Assembly: GCA_017631085.1 (NCBI GenBank)
Contig: JAGBTY010000017.1
Span: 77,448 to 141,447 of the forward strand
Source: Clostridia bacterium
Lineage (GTDB): Bacteria > Bacillota > Clostridia > Oscillospirales > CAG-272
DNA length: 64,000 bases
Direction of reading: 5' to 3'
The notes under the pieces were generated by a model. That model was given only the letters and a program-made list of their open reading frames with translations, made no database searches and was not told the origin of the DNA. Of this stretch, positions 18,389 to 28,646 are shown in pieces (position 1 is the stretch's first letter; every line of letters begins with the position of its first letter). Position numbers and translations under genes: made by a program.

Positions 18389-21300
18389 CTATTCGTTATC
18401 TATATCCTTTTTTTCGGTGTTGCTCTTCGCGAGCTTCTTTTTCTTATGTCTTTTTACCGCAATAAATGTTATTCCGCCTGACAGCAGGAGGATTCCAATA
18501 GCCATCGGTAAAATTTGACCTATGATTATGGAGCGAAGCGCGTTGCCCTCTCCGCTTCCTCTGTTTGCATCATATACCTCTCGGTAATATGTTGCGCTAT
18601 AAACCGTATCCTCGGTAACGCCTACAACGGTAGGCGACCAGCCTGTGAATGTGTAGATGTAACCGTCCTCTTCATAGCTTGAAGGTACGTCGGGGGGATC
18701 AGGTATATCACCAAGATAATATTTTTCCGTGCTTACTGTTTCTCCGTGACAAACAAAGGACACGGTATAAGTGCGCCGCTCAAATATTATTGATACCTCT
18801 ATATCAGAATACGGCATAAGGTATCCTTCCAGTGAGTCAAGCTCTACCTTGGTGTTGTCAGACATATTGGTTATGATTATCTTTGAGACAAAATACTCAC
18901 TGTTAGGGTGAAAGACCAAGGGAATAGCCTCGCCCGCCGTTATTTTTTCTCCGTTAATGAAAACAGCACCGTTTTTCGAGGGCGATATATTTACCGTAAA
19001 TTGTCTTTTCAGCTTATAATATACGTTTGCGTTTGCAACAAATTCAGCGAATCCTTCATTTACGATACATGAGGACTTCTTTGTTGCTCCCGAAAAATAG
19101 CTTCCGAAAACAAATGCGCCATTGCTCTGCTCATCGGAGCAGACGAGTCTCATTTTTATCTCGTCTGGAGGGGATATGCTTTCTCCGTTATAATCTATCA
19201 GGGAGAAGGCTATTCCGTTATTACTTTCCGACAGCTTGAAAGATACGATACCGTATCTTTCAAAAGCCTTTACCGTTTCTTCGGGAAAGATTATTTCTGC
19301 TCCGTTATAGACAAATTGCAATCTCTTGTTTTCATTTTTTGCAAGTTTCAGGAGGGTGGAAAATTCAATTTCTTCTATGCCATTACACATTACCGTATAG
19401 TCGTAAAGTGAGCCCACGACCACTGCGGTATCTTCCGTTTCTCCCGATATGACAGGAGAGATGAGTCGTTCGGAGTCAAAGAGTGCCGTATATTCGGCAT
19501 CTGACGACACGGCAGAAATGCTCTTGTCCCACCCCTTGAAGCTATAGCGGAACGAGCCTTTATATATGTGTCCGGTTATTATAGGCGGTTGGGGAGTTAC
19601 ACCATAGGGAAGTGTCTTTTCTGTCTTTTCGCCGAGAACGTCAAAGGTTATTTTATACATTCTGTGAGACGATGTATAAATTGCATTGTATACCGTATCC
19701 TTCGTTACTTTACGTATCTGTGGGTAAAATCCCGCCAGACTATAGGTAGCATCTGCGGTATCTTCTTTTGAAAAATTATGGGATATATCGGTAATATCGG
19801 GGATCTCACCGTAAAGATAAGTTTTCTTAAGTACTGTTTTTCCTTCGCTTTTGAAGGTGACCTCATAACTTCTCGGTGTTTTTTCATACAATGCGTAAAG
19901 ATATACGTCCGAAACGCTTCTCGTGAGGCTTACACTCTGCATTTCATAGGGTGAATATGACCAGCCGAGGAATCTGTATTCGTATGCCTCGTCCTTTTCT
20001 CTTTCGGGAGCTTCTGGGGGGAGCGTTATCTCTCCGTCAAAGGTTTTATCGGAATACACGCTTCCGTCGAAAGAGATAAAATAAATTCCTCTCTCGCCCG
20101 ATTCTCTGACCGTTCTCATAGCACTTGCTTTAAGAATCAGTTCAACATCCGAGACATATTCGTTTCTTGCCTTTATTTTTCCGTTATTGAAGGCATTTAC
20201 TATTTCTTCCGCTTGGTTTACAAAGGCTTTTTTTTCCTCGGACGGAGCTTCCGGAGGAAGCACCGCTGTCGGTTTTGTTGGCTTCTGGACCTCCATCGGT
20301 ACGTCCTTCGGCTCATTCACCTTCGTAGGAGGAACAGGTTCGTCGACCGGAGTAGGAGGGATGGGCATTTCAGGGGGGATTCCTTCCTTTACCTCGTCCA
20401 TCCACTTAAGGTTTTCGGGGGATGCGGCGTTATGATCGGCGATTATAAGATTTGTATCAAGAAGATCGCTGAAATAATATGAATATACCGCTCCCGTATC
20501 TGAATAAAAGTCGAATTTTCCTGCGAGATTTTTTTCGTCGTCAAGGCAGTTGCTTATAATGTAGATATGGCAAAGTACGTTTTTTATTCGCCATTTTTTG
20601 TAGCTTGCCATTTCCTTGTCATTCTCGTATTCAAGCTCCACGAGTCCGCACATATGATTATAGAGCGTTCTCGTCATTATTAATGTCAGTTTTTCGTAAA
20701 GATAATTGAATTTAAAGGTTATCTCTTCATAATTTTTTGAGTAAAACGTAAACGCTTCCTTTTTAGAGATCTTTCTTGCCTCTGAATATCCCCTGAGAAG
20801 CTCATTGAGCTCGTCGGATACCTTCCGCATGTCATTTATGTCAGCTTCTTTTACACCGTAAAGACTTACAAGCTTATCTTTGTATTTTTCAAACATTGCT
20901 ACAAGCTCGGCATTTTGAAGAGCATTGAAAAGAGTGCCTGTTTTTTTGCTTGACGGGGAGATAAACAGCGCTTCCATTGCGGTCATTGCGGAATTTATTT
21001 TTTGAGAATTTACAATATATTTCTTGTGTTTTTCTATGTTTTCCAAATATTTTGCGTATTCGGTCTCATAATTGGCTTTTGCTTCAATGTATGCGTTATG
21101 GTCAGCGTTGTATTTGTCATATTTCGCACGTTCTTGCTCGTAAGCGGCAAGCTTTGAAAGATAGTCCGCATACTTTGCATATTCTTTGTCGTACTCTGCC
21201 TTTACAACAAGATATTCCTCATAAGCGGCAAGGTCTCCCTCATAGCTTTCCAGCTTGTTAAGATATTCTCTGTATGCTTTGAGCGATTCGGAATAGCTCC

Positions 21301-21916
21301 CAAGAGTGTCGGAATATTCCCGCGCAAGCTCTATTGCTTGATTTGCATCGTTATAGGCAAAATTAAGGAGACTGTTTACGGTATCCTTGGGGAGCAAGAT
21401 CTTGCAGGAGTACTCCGCCTTTGCAACTTCGCCGTAAGGAGACGAGGAAAGCTCCATGCTGCACTCATAGTCACCTGTTTTCGACAGTACAAATGCTTCT
21501 TTTTCGCTTCCAAGCGTCAAAAACGTCGGTATCCATTCTACGAGAGTACCGTTTTTTGCTGTATAGCTTACCCTTTTTGCACGAGCGCTTACAAGGTAGC
21601 GTCCTTCGTCTGAAGTAAAGCTTACTTCAAAGTTCTTTGCCGTAACGAAATCGTTGTATAAAAACACTTCGTCAAAATAGCTGTCCAAATATTCGGATTC
21701 TTCTTGGCATATACTTTCGTCTACAAGCATAGAGAGAAGCTTCGATGGGGAGAGCTTTTTATTATTATCAAGACGGCTATCTGAAAAATCAAGACCGAAA
21801 TTCTCGTTGCTGCTTCTTTCGGTTTTGTCGGCAAACGACAAAAAGGAGAGGGAGGGTACGAACATCAGGATCGTGAGGACAAGGCACAAAAGTCTTGTTG
21901 TTCCTCTTTTTTTCAT
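18389..21916 (-). CDS. Large surface protein: signal peptide, Tyr/Ala-rich coiled coil, Pro-rich tract, InlB-B/Flg_new-like repeats, C-terminal TM anchor
   Basis: Repeats YEYRFLGWS, YSFKGWDK, YTFTGWSP; C-terminal TM plus KRHKKKK. Confidence 0.75.
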   Translation of the reverse strand: MKKRGTTRLLCLVLTILMFVPSLSFLSFADKTERSSNENFGLDFSDSRLDNNKKLSPSKLLSMLVDESICQEESEYLDSYFDEVFLYNDFVTAKNFEVSFTSDEGRYLVSARAKRVSYTAKNGTLVEWIPTFLTLGSEKEAFVLSKTGDYECSMELSSSPYGEVAKAEYSCKILLPKDTVNSLLNFAYNDANQAIELAREYSDTLGSYSESLKAYREYLNKLESYEGDLAAYEEYLVVKAEYDKEYAKYADYLSKLAAYEQERAKYDKYNADHNAYIEAKANYETEYAKYLENIEKHKKYIVNSQKINSAMTAMEALFISPSSKKTGTLFNALQNAELVAMFEKYKDKLVSLYGVKEADINDMRKVSDELNELLRGYSEARKISKKEAFTFYSKNYEEITFKFNYLYEKLTLIMTRTLYNHMCGLVELEYENDKEMASYKKWRIKNVLCHIYIISNCLDDEKNLAGKFDFYSDTGAVYSYYFSDLLDTNLIIADHNAASPENLKWMDEVKEGIPPEMPIPPTPVDEPVPPTKVNEPKDVPMEVQKPTKPTAVLPPEAPSEEKKAFVNQAEEIVNAFNNGKIKARNEYVSDVELILKASAMRTVRESGERGIYFISFDGSVYSDKTFDGEITLPPEAPEREKDEAYEYRFLGWSYSPYEMQSVSLTRSVSDVYLYALYEKTPRSYEVTFKSEGKTVLKKTYLYGEIPDITDISHNFSKEDTADATYSLAGFYPQIRKVTKDTVYNAIYTSSHRMYKITFDVLGEKTEKTLPYGVTPQPPIITGHIYKGSFRYSFKGWDKSISAVSSDAEYTALFDSERLISPVISGETEDTAVVVGSLYDYTVMCNGIEEIEFSTLLKLAKNENKRLQFVYNGAEIIFPEETVKAFERYGIVSFKLSESNNGIAFSLIDYNGESISPPDEIKMRLVCSDEQSNGAFVFGSYFSGATKKSSCIVNEGFAEFVANANVYYKLKRQFTVNISPSKNGAVFINGEKITAGEAIPLVFHPNSEYFVSKIIITNMSDNTKVELDSLEGYLMPYSDIEVSIIFERRTYTVSFVCHGETVSTEKYYLGDIPDPPDVPSSYEEDGYIYTFTGWSPTVVGVTEDTVYSATYYREVYDANRGSGEGNALRSIIIGQILPMAIGILLLSGGITFIAVKRHKKKKLAKSNTEKKDIDNE

Positions 21917-21957
21917 GACAGGTATCCTCCCTCGTTTAATTTTTGGAGTTATTTACA

Positions 21958-22776
21958 TTAAAGTTTCAATGTCTCGCCAGAAGCTATTGAATAAGTTTTT
22001 CCATCTTTTTGGAACCAAAGAGTTCTGCAAGTCGGATTGAAGACAGCAGAGGAATCTGCGCGCCATATGAGCTGGTTGTACGCTTCTACATATTCGTATA
22101 TCTCGGTGTTCGAAGCATACCAGATGTCATCGCGTCCGCTCATATACTCGCAAAACTCCTCAATGACGTTCCAGTTGTCGTTGTTGTCAAATTCGTAAGA
22201 GTGACCCCAGAGATAGAACATGGCCGATCCGTATCTGATCTCGTGCTCTGCGAAGGTCTTTGCAAGTTCCATGAGCCTTGGATTGTTGTGGTGAGCCGTG
22301 GGATCGAGCTTCAGCCAATCGGATGGAAGCCCGAAGCTCTCGGTAGAACGTGTCGTTCTCGCATAGCAAAAGCCGCATGAACGAAGCATATCTACGACCT
22401 TATCGTTGTATGCGCCGTAAGCGTACGCCATTCCTCTTACGCTTCTGTCAAATTCTTTTTCAAGTGCGGCTCTGTCGGTTATCATGTCGTAAGCCATCTG
22501 CGCGGGAGAGATCCCGCTGAGATTCATATGGCGGTATCCGTGAGCGGCAATATCCTGACCGTATTTTGTGAACAGCTCCTTGGCATCCGAGACGGATAGA
22601 TTCCAGTGCTTAACGCCGTCATCGGGAGCGAGCTGACCTCCACCCAGATTAAATGTACACTTTATTCCGTACTTATCGAGTATCTCGCACAGTCTCTTGT
22701 CCTGCTGAACTCCGTCGTCATAGCTGAGTGTCAGTGTCTTTTTTCTTCCCTCTGGAAATCGCATCCATATTATCAT
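21958..22776 (-). CDS. Polysaccharide deacetylase family protein
   Basis: TLSYDDG, AAHGYRH, YLWGHSYEFD. Confidence 0.88.
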   Translation of the reverse strand: MIIWMRFPEGRKKTLTLSYDDGVQQDKRLCEILDKYGIKCTFNLGGGQLAPDDGVKHWNLSVSDAKELFTKYGQDIAAHGYRHMNLSGISPAQMAYDMITDRAALEKEFDRSVRGMAYAYGAYNDKVVDMLRSCGFCYARTTRSTESFGLPSDWLKLDPTAHHNNPRLMELAKTFAEHEIRYGSAMFYLWGHSYEFDNNDNWNVIEEFCEYMSGRDDIWYASNTEIYEYVEAYNQLIWRADSSAVFNPTCRTLWFQKDGKTYSIASGETLKL

Positions 22777-22793
22777 TTTTAGCTATCTCCTTA

Positions 22794-25595
22794 TTATTCT
22801 TCTCCTGAAGCTCCGCCCTCAAGTGTACCATCGGCGGACCTTCTCATAAATTCGTCCATTGTGAGAAGCACTCTTCTTGGCTTGTTTCCGTCGGGTTTGC
22901 TGACGTATCCAAGCTCTTCCATCGTATCTATTATTTTAGCTGCGCGTCCGTATCCCACGCCAAGACGTCTTTGCATCAGGGATGTGGATATCTTTCCTTC
23001 CTCTACGGCAAGCTTTATGGCGTCTCTGAGTTTGTTGTCTCCTCCATCTCCGTCAGAGGATGGAAAATCGGACATTGAAGAAGCACCCTTCTTGCCCATA
23101 CCGCATTTTGCCGCTTCTTCTTCTATTCTGTTGATAAATTCGGTATTGTATCTTGCCTGGCCGTTATTTTCCTTGACGAAGCTTACTATCTTGTCTATCT
23201 CGACCTCGCTGACAAATGCACCCTGAACTCTCATAGGCTTGGATGCGCCTACGGGAGCGAAGAGCATATCTCCTCGACCAATAAGGCTTTCAGCGCCAGC
23301 CACGTCGATAATTGTTCTTGAATCCACCTGTGACATAACGGTACAAGCGATTCTCGATGGAACGTTTGCTTTGATAAGACCTGTAATTACGTCAACCGAA
23401 GGTCTTTGAGTACCGAGTATCATGTGTATTCCGGCGGCTCTTGCCTTTTGAGCAATACGGCATATAGAGCTTTCGACCTCGTCTCTTGCTGTCATCATGA
23501 GGTCGGCGAGCTCGTCTATGATTATGACCATGTGGGGCATAAACTCCATGTCGGGATTATTTTCAGCTGCAGCATTATAGCTTGCTATATCACGAACCCC
23601 CGCTTTTTCGATAAGCTCAAATCTTCTTTCCATTTCGCCAACAGCAGATGCCAGCGCACCTGCAGCCTTTTTGGGCTCGCTGACGATAGGACAGTAAAGA
23701 TGAGGAATGTTCTTATACATATTAAACTCTACTTTTTTCGGGTCAATAAGTATAAGCTTCAGCTCTTCGGGCTTTGCTTTATAAAGTATACTTACGATGA
23801 TGCAGTTGATGCATATCGACTTACCCGAACCCGTTGTTCCCGCAATAAGCAGGTGAGGCATCTTTCCAATATCGAAATGTATGGGATTTCCGCCAACATC
23901 CATGCCGAGACAAGCGGTCAGCTTGCTCTTGGATTCGGTAAATTTGGGGCTTTCGATAAGGTCTCTGAGATATACCGTCGCTCTCGTTCTGTTTGGAACT
24001 TCGATTCCGACAGCGGGCTTTCCCGGTATAGGTGCTTCTATACGCACACCAGACGTAGCAAGGCTGAGCGCGATGTCGTCAACAAGATTTGCTATTGCCC
24101 TGACGCGTATACCGACCTCGGGCTTCAGCTCGTATCTGGTTATGGTAGGACCTCTTGAATAGGTTATCTCCTTAACACCTACTCTGAAACTCTTAAGTGT
24201 TTCAACAAGGTTTCTGGCGTTTTCCTTAAGCTCTTCCGAGTGGTCCTCGTCCACTGCGTTTTTATTTTCGGAGAGAAGCTCTATGGGAGGATAGATATAG
24301 GGCGTTATTATTTCGGGTTCTTCCTCGTCGTCCTCATTTGGCGCAACAGCCGCTACGTCGGACAGAAGTTCCTCGTTCTCTATTTCGCCAAGGTCAAGCT
24401 CATTAGCCGCTTCGGTCGGAACGGACTGGTTCTTCATGTCCTCTGTAGGTAATCCGCCAAGTACGTCTTCAAGACTTGTAAATTCGTTTGAATCATACGC
24501 CGTGTCGTCACCGTAATCCTTTGGAGCGTCGTCTCCTATATCAAGTTTGTTGAAATCAAGATCATTAGTATTTTTTGAAGAATTTTTAAGAGCTTTTTCG
24601 CTTTCCTCGACTGAAGGTCCTATGTATACCTCTTTTTCGGGCGCGTTTTCATAATTGGGCGCTGCTTCCGGTTGAATGTCTCCGAACAATCCATCGAGAA
24701 CTTCTTTTTCGTTATTTGTCCTATCGTTTTTGTTCTCTTTGTTTTCGAAAGCTACTCTTGCCCCTGCCGCTGCCATTCTATTGCGGCGTTTGCGGTCGTC
24801 TTCGCTATCGTCGGAAATATCCTCTTCGATCTTTCTTCCGTTTCTGCCCATAGCCGACATTTTTTCTTCTGCTTCGCGTTCTGCCCGCTGAAGTTTTGCA
24901 TCTCTTTGTTTTTGCTGGAGTTTTTCGATTATGTAATCGGGGGTCAGACCAATCATAAGTATTGCGAAGAACACGAGAAGGACAACAAGTATTATGGTAG
25001 ATACCAGCTGCTTGAAGCATAGTACCATAAGTGCCCCGAAAAGACTTCCGACGATACCGCCTCCGTGACCGTTCTCTGCTGCGTCTGTCCACATTTCCGG
25101 AATATCAACTCCTCCGTAATCGGCAAAAACGCCAAACATAGAGGCAATGGTAAAGATAACGAGAGCCGACATAACTCCTTGAGTTATAAGTCTTTTTCTC
25201 GCCTTTTTGTATTCGGGATAATCGGGAGCACCCTCTCCGAGAGGAGATTTCCAGGTGATATTATAAAGACACCATTTTACGCCGACGTAACCGAATATCA
25301 GCGGTAGTCCGTAAGCGGCAGGACCTAAAAGGCCGCAAAGGATAAACTGTATCCAATATCCCAGTACTCCTACTCCGTCGTCGATATTAAGAAGCTTTAC
25401 GGTAACGAAGAAGATACACAGTATCAAAGCAAATACCATAAAGAAATATGGCATTGCCTTTTTTATCGCACTTCTTACTGCTTTTTTGTGGGAAACGTTC
25501 CCTGTGTTTCCTTTTTTATTGGACTGCATATTACCGCCTATCTTTTCCTGTTGCGTTTTGTTTCGGTTGTTTTGCGGTTTTCTTTTTTCAGGCAT
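22794..25595 (-). CDS. ftsK: DNA translocase FtsK/SpoIIIE
   Basis: N-terminal TMs, PHLLIAGTTGSGKS, DELADLMM, TQRPSVDVITG, gamma domain STSLMQRRLGVGYGRAA. Confidence 0.96.
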   Translation of the reverse strand: MPEKRKPQNNRNKTQQEKIGGNMQSNKKGNTGNVSHKKAVRSAIKKAMPYFFMVFALILCIFFVTVKLLNIDDGVGVLGYWIQFILCGLLGPAAYGLPLIFGYVGVKWCLYNITWKSPLGEGAPDYPEYKKARKRLITQGVMSALVIFTIASMFGVFADYGGVDIPEMWTDAAENGHGGGIVGSLFGALMVLCFKQLVSTIILVVLLVFFAILMIGLTPDYIIEKLQQKQRDAKLQRAEREAEEKMSAMGRNGRKIEEDISDDSEDDRKRRNRMAAAGARVAFENKENKNDRTNNEKEVLDGLFGDIQPEAAPNYENAPEKEVYIGPSVEESEKALKNSSKNTNDLDFNKLDIGDDAPKDYGDDTAYDSNEFTSLEDVLGGLPTEDMKNQSVPTEAANELDLGEIENEELLSDVAAVAPNEDDEEEPEIITPYIYPPIELLSENKNAVDEDHSEELKENARNLVETLKSFRVGVKEITYSRGPTITRYELKPEVGIRVRAIANLVDDIALSLATSGVRIEAPIPGKPAVGIEVPNRTRATVYLRDLIESPKFTESKSKLTACLGMDVGGNPIHFDIGKMPHLLIAGTTGSGKSICINCIIVSILYKAKPEELKLILIDPKKVEFNMYKNIPHLYCPIVSEPKKAAGALASAVGEMERRFELIEKAGVRDIASYNAAAENNPDMEFMPHMVIIIDELADLMMTARDEVESSICRIAQKARAAGIHMILGTQRPSVDVITGLIKANVPSRIACTVMSQVDSRTIIDVAGAESLIGRGDMLFAPVGASKPMRVQGAFVSEVEIDKIVSFVKENNGQARYNTEFINRIEEEAAKCGMGKKGASSMSDFPSSDGDGGDNKLRDAIKLAVEEGKISTSLMQRRLGVGYGRAAKIIDTMEELGYVSKPDGNKPRRVLLTMDEFMRRSADGTLEGGASGEE

Positions 25596-25732
25596 TTTTA
25601 CCTCCGATTTTTTAAGTGTAGATTATCTTAAAAATATTTAGTCAATAATTACTTTAATTATATCATAAAAAAAATAATGATTCAAGATATGAAAGAAAAA
25701 AATTTTCTTTTTTGAGTCGGAACGGAGAAAAT

Positions 25733-26122
25733 ATGCTCTCGTTTAAGGGGATAAAAAACAAACCTCTCACCGTCACCGTTTTGCTTGGCGCTTCCGCAGG
25801 ATTTGTAAACGGTCTTTTAGGTGCTGGGGGAGGAATACTTATAGTACTTGCTCTGAAAAAAATACTGAAAAAGGAAAGCGCTGACGAAAAAGAGATATTT
25901 GCAAATTCTCTTGCCATTATGCTTCCCGTTTCTGTTTTTTCGGCATTTCTCTATGCCGCGCGCGGAAATATTTCATTGGTTGGCTTCGATGCCTTTATAA
26001 TACCTGCGATTCTAGGTGGAATTTTTGGCGCGATCCTTCTCGGCAAGCTAAAGCCAAAGGTCATACGGATGCTTTTCGGGGTATTGGTCATAGTTTCGGG
26101 GATACTTATGATTATTAATTAA
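25733..26122 (+). CDS. TSUP (TauE/SafE) family permease, half-size
   Basis: GFVNGLLGAGGG motif, about 4 TM helices. Confidence 0.8.
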   Translation: MLSFKGIKNKPLTVTVLLGASAGFVNGLLGAGGGILIVLALKKILKKESADEKEIFANSLAIMLPVSVFSAFLYAARGNISLVGFDAFIIPAILGGIFGAILLGKLKPKVIRMLFGVLVIVSGILMIIN

Positions 26123-26143
26123 ATGTTTTTTCGGGGGATCATT

Positions 26144-26494
26144 ATGACAAACGCGATAATAAGCTTTATCATTGCAGCGCTTTCTGGAATGGGGATAGGA
26201 GGTGGAGGTCTATTCGTTATATACCTTTCTCTCTTTACAAATATCCCACAGATCACCTGTCAAGGTATAAATCTGCTTTTTTTCATTCTTTCGGGAGGTG
26301 CTGGGCTTTTTGTACACTTCAAAAAAAGACGGTTTTTTTCTGTTACACTATTGCTCGCTGTAACCGCTATGATAGGCGCTATTGTAGGAGTTATTATAGG
26401 AGGGTTTGTTTCAAATTTTATTCTTCGAAAGGCCTTTGGAACGATGCTGGTTATAACGGGAATATTTTCTTTGAAGAAGCTTTCCCGTAACTGA
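26144..26494 (+). CDS. TSUP (TauE/SafE) family permease, half-size
   Basis: LSGMGIGGGG, QGINLLFF, LRKAFG. Confidence 0.8.
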   Translation: MTNAIISFIIAALSGMGIGGGGLFVIYLSLFTNIPQITCQGINLLFFILSGGAGLFVHFKKRRFFSVTLLLAVTAMIGAIVGVIIGGFVSNFILRKAFGTMLVITGIFSLKKLSRN

Positions 26495-26541
26495 AAATTA
26501 ACATTTATTTATCTTTTTTGTTTACTTTTACCAATCAAAAG

Positions 26542-26731
26542 TTTTCCACAATGTCTTTGTTTTTCAGAATACTTTTTTCTTGATTATTGTGGAAAACATT
26601 GTGGATTCTGTGGAAAATCTTGATAGATATAGCTTTTTTTCTTAAGCGAAAAATTTTTTTATGTGGAAAACTTTTGTCTTTTCTCTGTCAATACCCTTTT
26701 TGAAAATTCTTCATTTTCCCCATTTTGCACA
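26542..26731. promoter_or_regulatory. Cluster of DnaA-box-like 9-mers
   Basis: TTTTCCACA at 26542; TGTGGAAAA at 26588, 26609, 26662; TGTGGATTC at 26600; TTTTGCACA at 26723; AT-rich gap between convergent genes. Confidence 0.7.
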
Positions 26732-26823
26732 ATTTGACATTTTTCGCAAATATTGAAGCATTTTTTGAAACATAAAAATAATAGCCGCCGGTTCAATAAA
26801 ATGACCGACGGCTTAAAATTTTT

Positions 26824-27549
26824 TTAAACAAGAGAATACGCATCCTTATCGCAAATAAAGATAACGTCGGGGTGGAGGCAGAGGAGAGACGCGGGACAAG
26901 CGGTGGAGATATTACCCTTGAGCATATCTCTTACGGCTTCGGCTTTATCTGCTCCCGATGCGAGAATAACGATTCTGCGCGCCTTGAATACGCTCTGTAT
27001 TCCCATTGTAAGCGCGTGCTTGGGTACGTCAGCCTCGGATTCGAAGAATCTTGAGTTTGCTTCTATCGTGCTTTCCGTAAGCGCGGTGAGGTGGGTGAAG
27101 GGAACAAGATAGGAGTCAGGCTCGTTAAATCCGATGTGGCCGTTTCTTCCGATACCGAGTATCTGGATATCGATACCGCCCATAGCATCTATTTTTGCCT
27201 CGTATTCGCGACAGAAGGCATCAACATCCTTTGCAGTTCCGTCGGGAACATTGGTGTTTGCCTTGTCTATGTTGGTCTTGTCGAAAAGATTTTTATTCAT
27301 GAAATAACGGTAGCTCTGCTCGTTTTCGGGAGATATGGGGTAATATTCGTCAAGGTTTACCGAGCGGACTTCGGAAAAATCAAGTCCTTCCTCAGTGCAC
27401 TTCTTTCCGAGAAGAGAGTACATTCCAACTGGGGTAGATCCTGTTGCAAGACCGATAACGCAATTCGGTTTTTCGGATATGACCTCTGCGAAATAATTTG
27501 CCGCAAGCTCGGACATCTTTTCATAATTTTCAACAACGTGTATCTGCAT
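26824..27549 (-). CDS. nagB: Glucosamine-6-phosphate deaminase
   Basis: GLATGSTP, NLDEY, GIGRNGHIGFNEP; start moved to RBS-preceded ATG. Confidence 0.96.
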   Translation of the reverse strand: MQIHVVENYEKMSELAANYFAEVISEKPNCVIGLATGSTPVGMYSLLGKKCTEEGLDFSEVRSVNLDEYYPISPENEQSYRYFMNKNLFDKTNIDKANTNVPDGTAKDVDAFCREYEAKIDAMGGIDIQILGIGRNGHIGFNEPDSYLVPFTHLTALTESTIEANSRFFESEADVPKHALTMGIQSVFKARRIVILASGADKAEAVRDMLKGNISTACPASLLCLHPDVIFICDKDAYSLV

Positions 27550-27722
27550 TTGAGTTTCCTCCAAATTAATATTATTTCAAGTATATTTTAACACAAGATT
27601 TTTGATATGTCTTTCGATAAAAGGGCAAAGTTTTTGTATATTTGGTATAATTTCATCAAAAACTTGACTTTTTGTGAAAAAAGATTTATAATTTAGAAAA
27701 AAGATAAAGGAAAAGAAATGTC

Positions 27723-28646
27723 ATGAAATATATACCGACTGTAATGAAAAGAGAGCTATCGGTGGACAGTATAATATCAATACATTACTTTGAATATACT
27801 CCGGAATTTTTCTTCCCGGGAGAGAGCCATAACTGTTGGGAGATCGTATATTGCGACAAGGGAGAGCTTACCGCTTATGCGGGAGGCGACAGACAGATAC
27901 TTTCCGAAGGTCAGGCGTATCTGCATCCGCCATATCAGTTTCACCGTATAGAAACGAGAAAAAGCTCGGCAAACTCGGTAATCATTGCCTTTGAGTCCGA
28001 CTGCAAGGAGCTATACGGTATTTCGGATAAGATACTGAACACGGATAGACATACTGTTGAAGCTTTATTTTCTATATTAAGAGAGGGAGCGGTAAGCTTT
28101 GAAAATACTCCCGGAAGAGTATACGACCCACAGCTGAAGCGAAAAAAAAGCCCGGAGCTTTTCGCGTCCGAGCAGGTAATACAGATATATATAGAACTTT
28201 TACTTATCGACCTTATAAGGCAGAGTAGGGAAACGAGGAATGTATCTTCTTCCATCACGCCTCCCCTGGTCAGACGGGAAGGGCTCATATCCGAGATAGT
28301 TGAGTATATGAACAAAAATCTATCCGAGAAGATAACCTTTCCCATGATAACCGAAAGATTTTCCATAAGTTCTACAACTCTGAAAAAGCTTTTTAAGAAA
28401 AATATGAACTGCGGGGCGATGGAATATTTGAATGAGTTGAGGATCGCGAAGAGCAAGGTCTTGCTTCGAGAGGGACTTTCGTGTACCGAAATCAGTCAGC
28501 GATGTGGATTTTGTTCTATTCATCACTTTTCAAAGAATTTTAAAGAGAGTCTAGGAATGTCTCCTACTGAATATGTTAAAAGTGTAAAATCCCTTCTTGA
28601 AGAGCCGAATGAAGAAGATCAGTTTATTTTTCTTGACACAAAATAA
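27723..28646 (+). CDS. AraC-family transcriptional regulator
   Basis: Cupin FPGESHNCWEIVY; C-terminal CGFCSIHHFSKNFK..GMSPTEY; divergent from nagB. Confidence 0.92.
   Translation: MKYIPTVMKRELSVDSIISIHYFEYTPEFFFPGESHNCWEIVYCDKGELTAYAGGDRQILSEGQAYLHPPYQFHRIETRKSSANSVIIAFESDCKELYGISDKILNTDRHTVEALFSILREGAVSFENTPGRVYDPQLKRKKSPELFASEQVIQIYIELLLIDLIRQSRETRNVSSSITPPLVRREGLISEIVEYMNKNLSEKITFPMITERFSISSTTLKKLFKKNMNCGAMEYLNELRIAKSKVLLREGLSCTEISQRCGFCSIHHFSKNFKESLGMSPTEYVKSVKSLLEEPNEEDQFIFLDTK

Noticed and set aside
25733-26494. Two half-size TSUP ORFs as a broken gene
   Set aside because: Each has its own start and Gly-rich motif; paired half-size TSUP genes are common in Clostridia.
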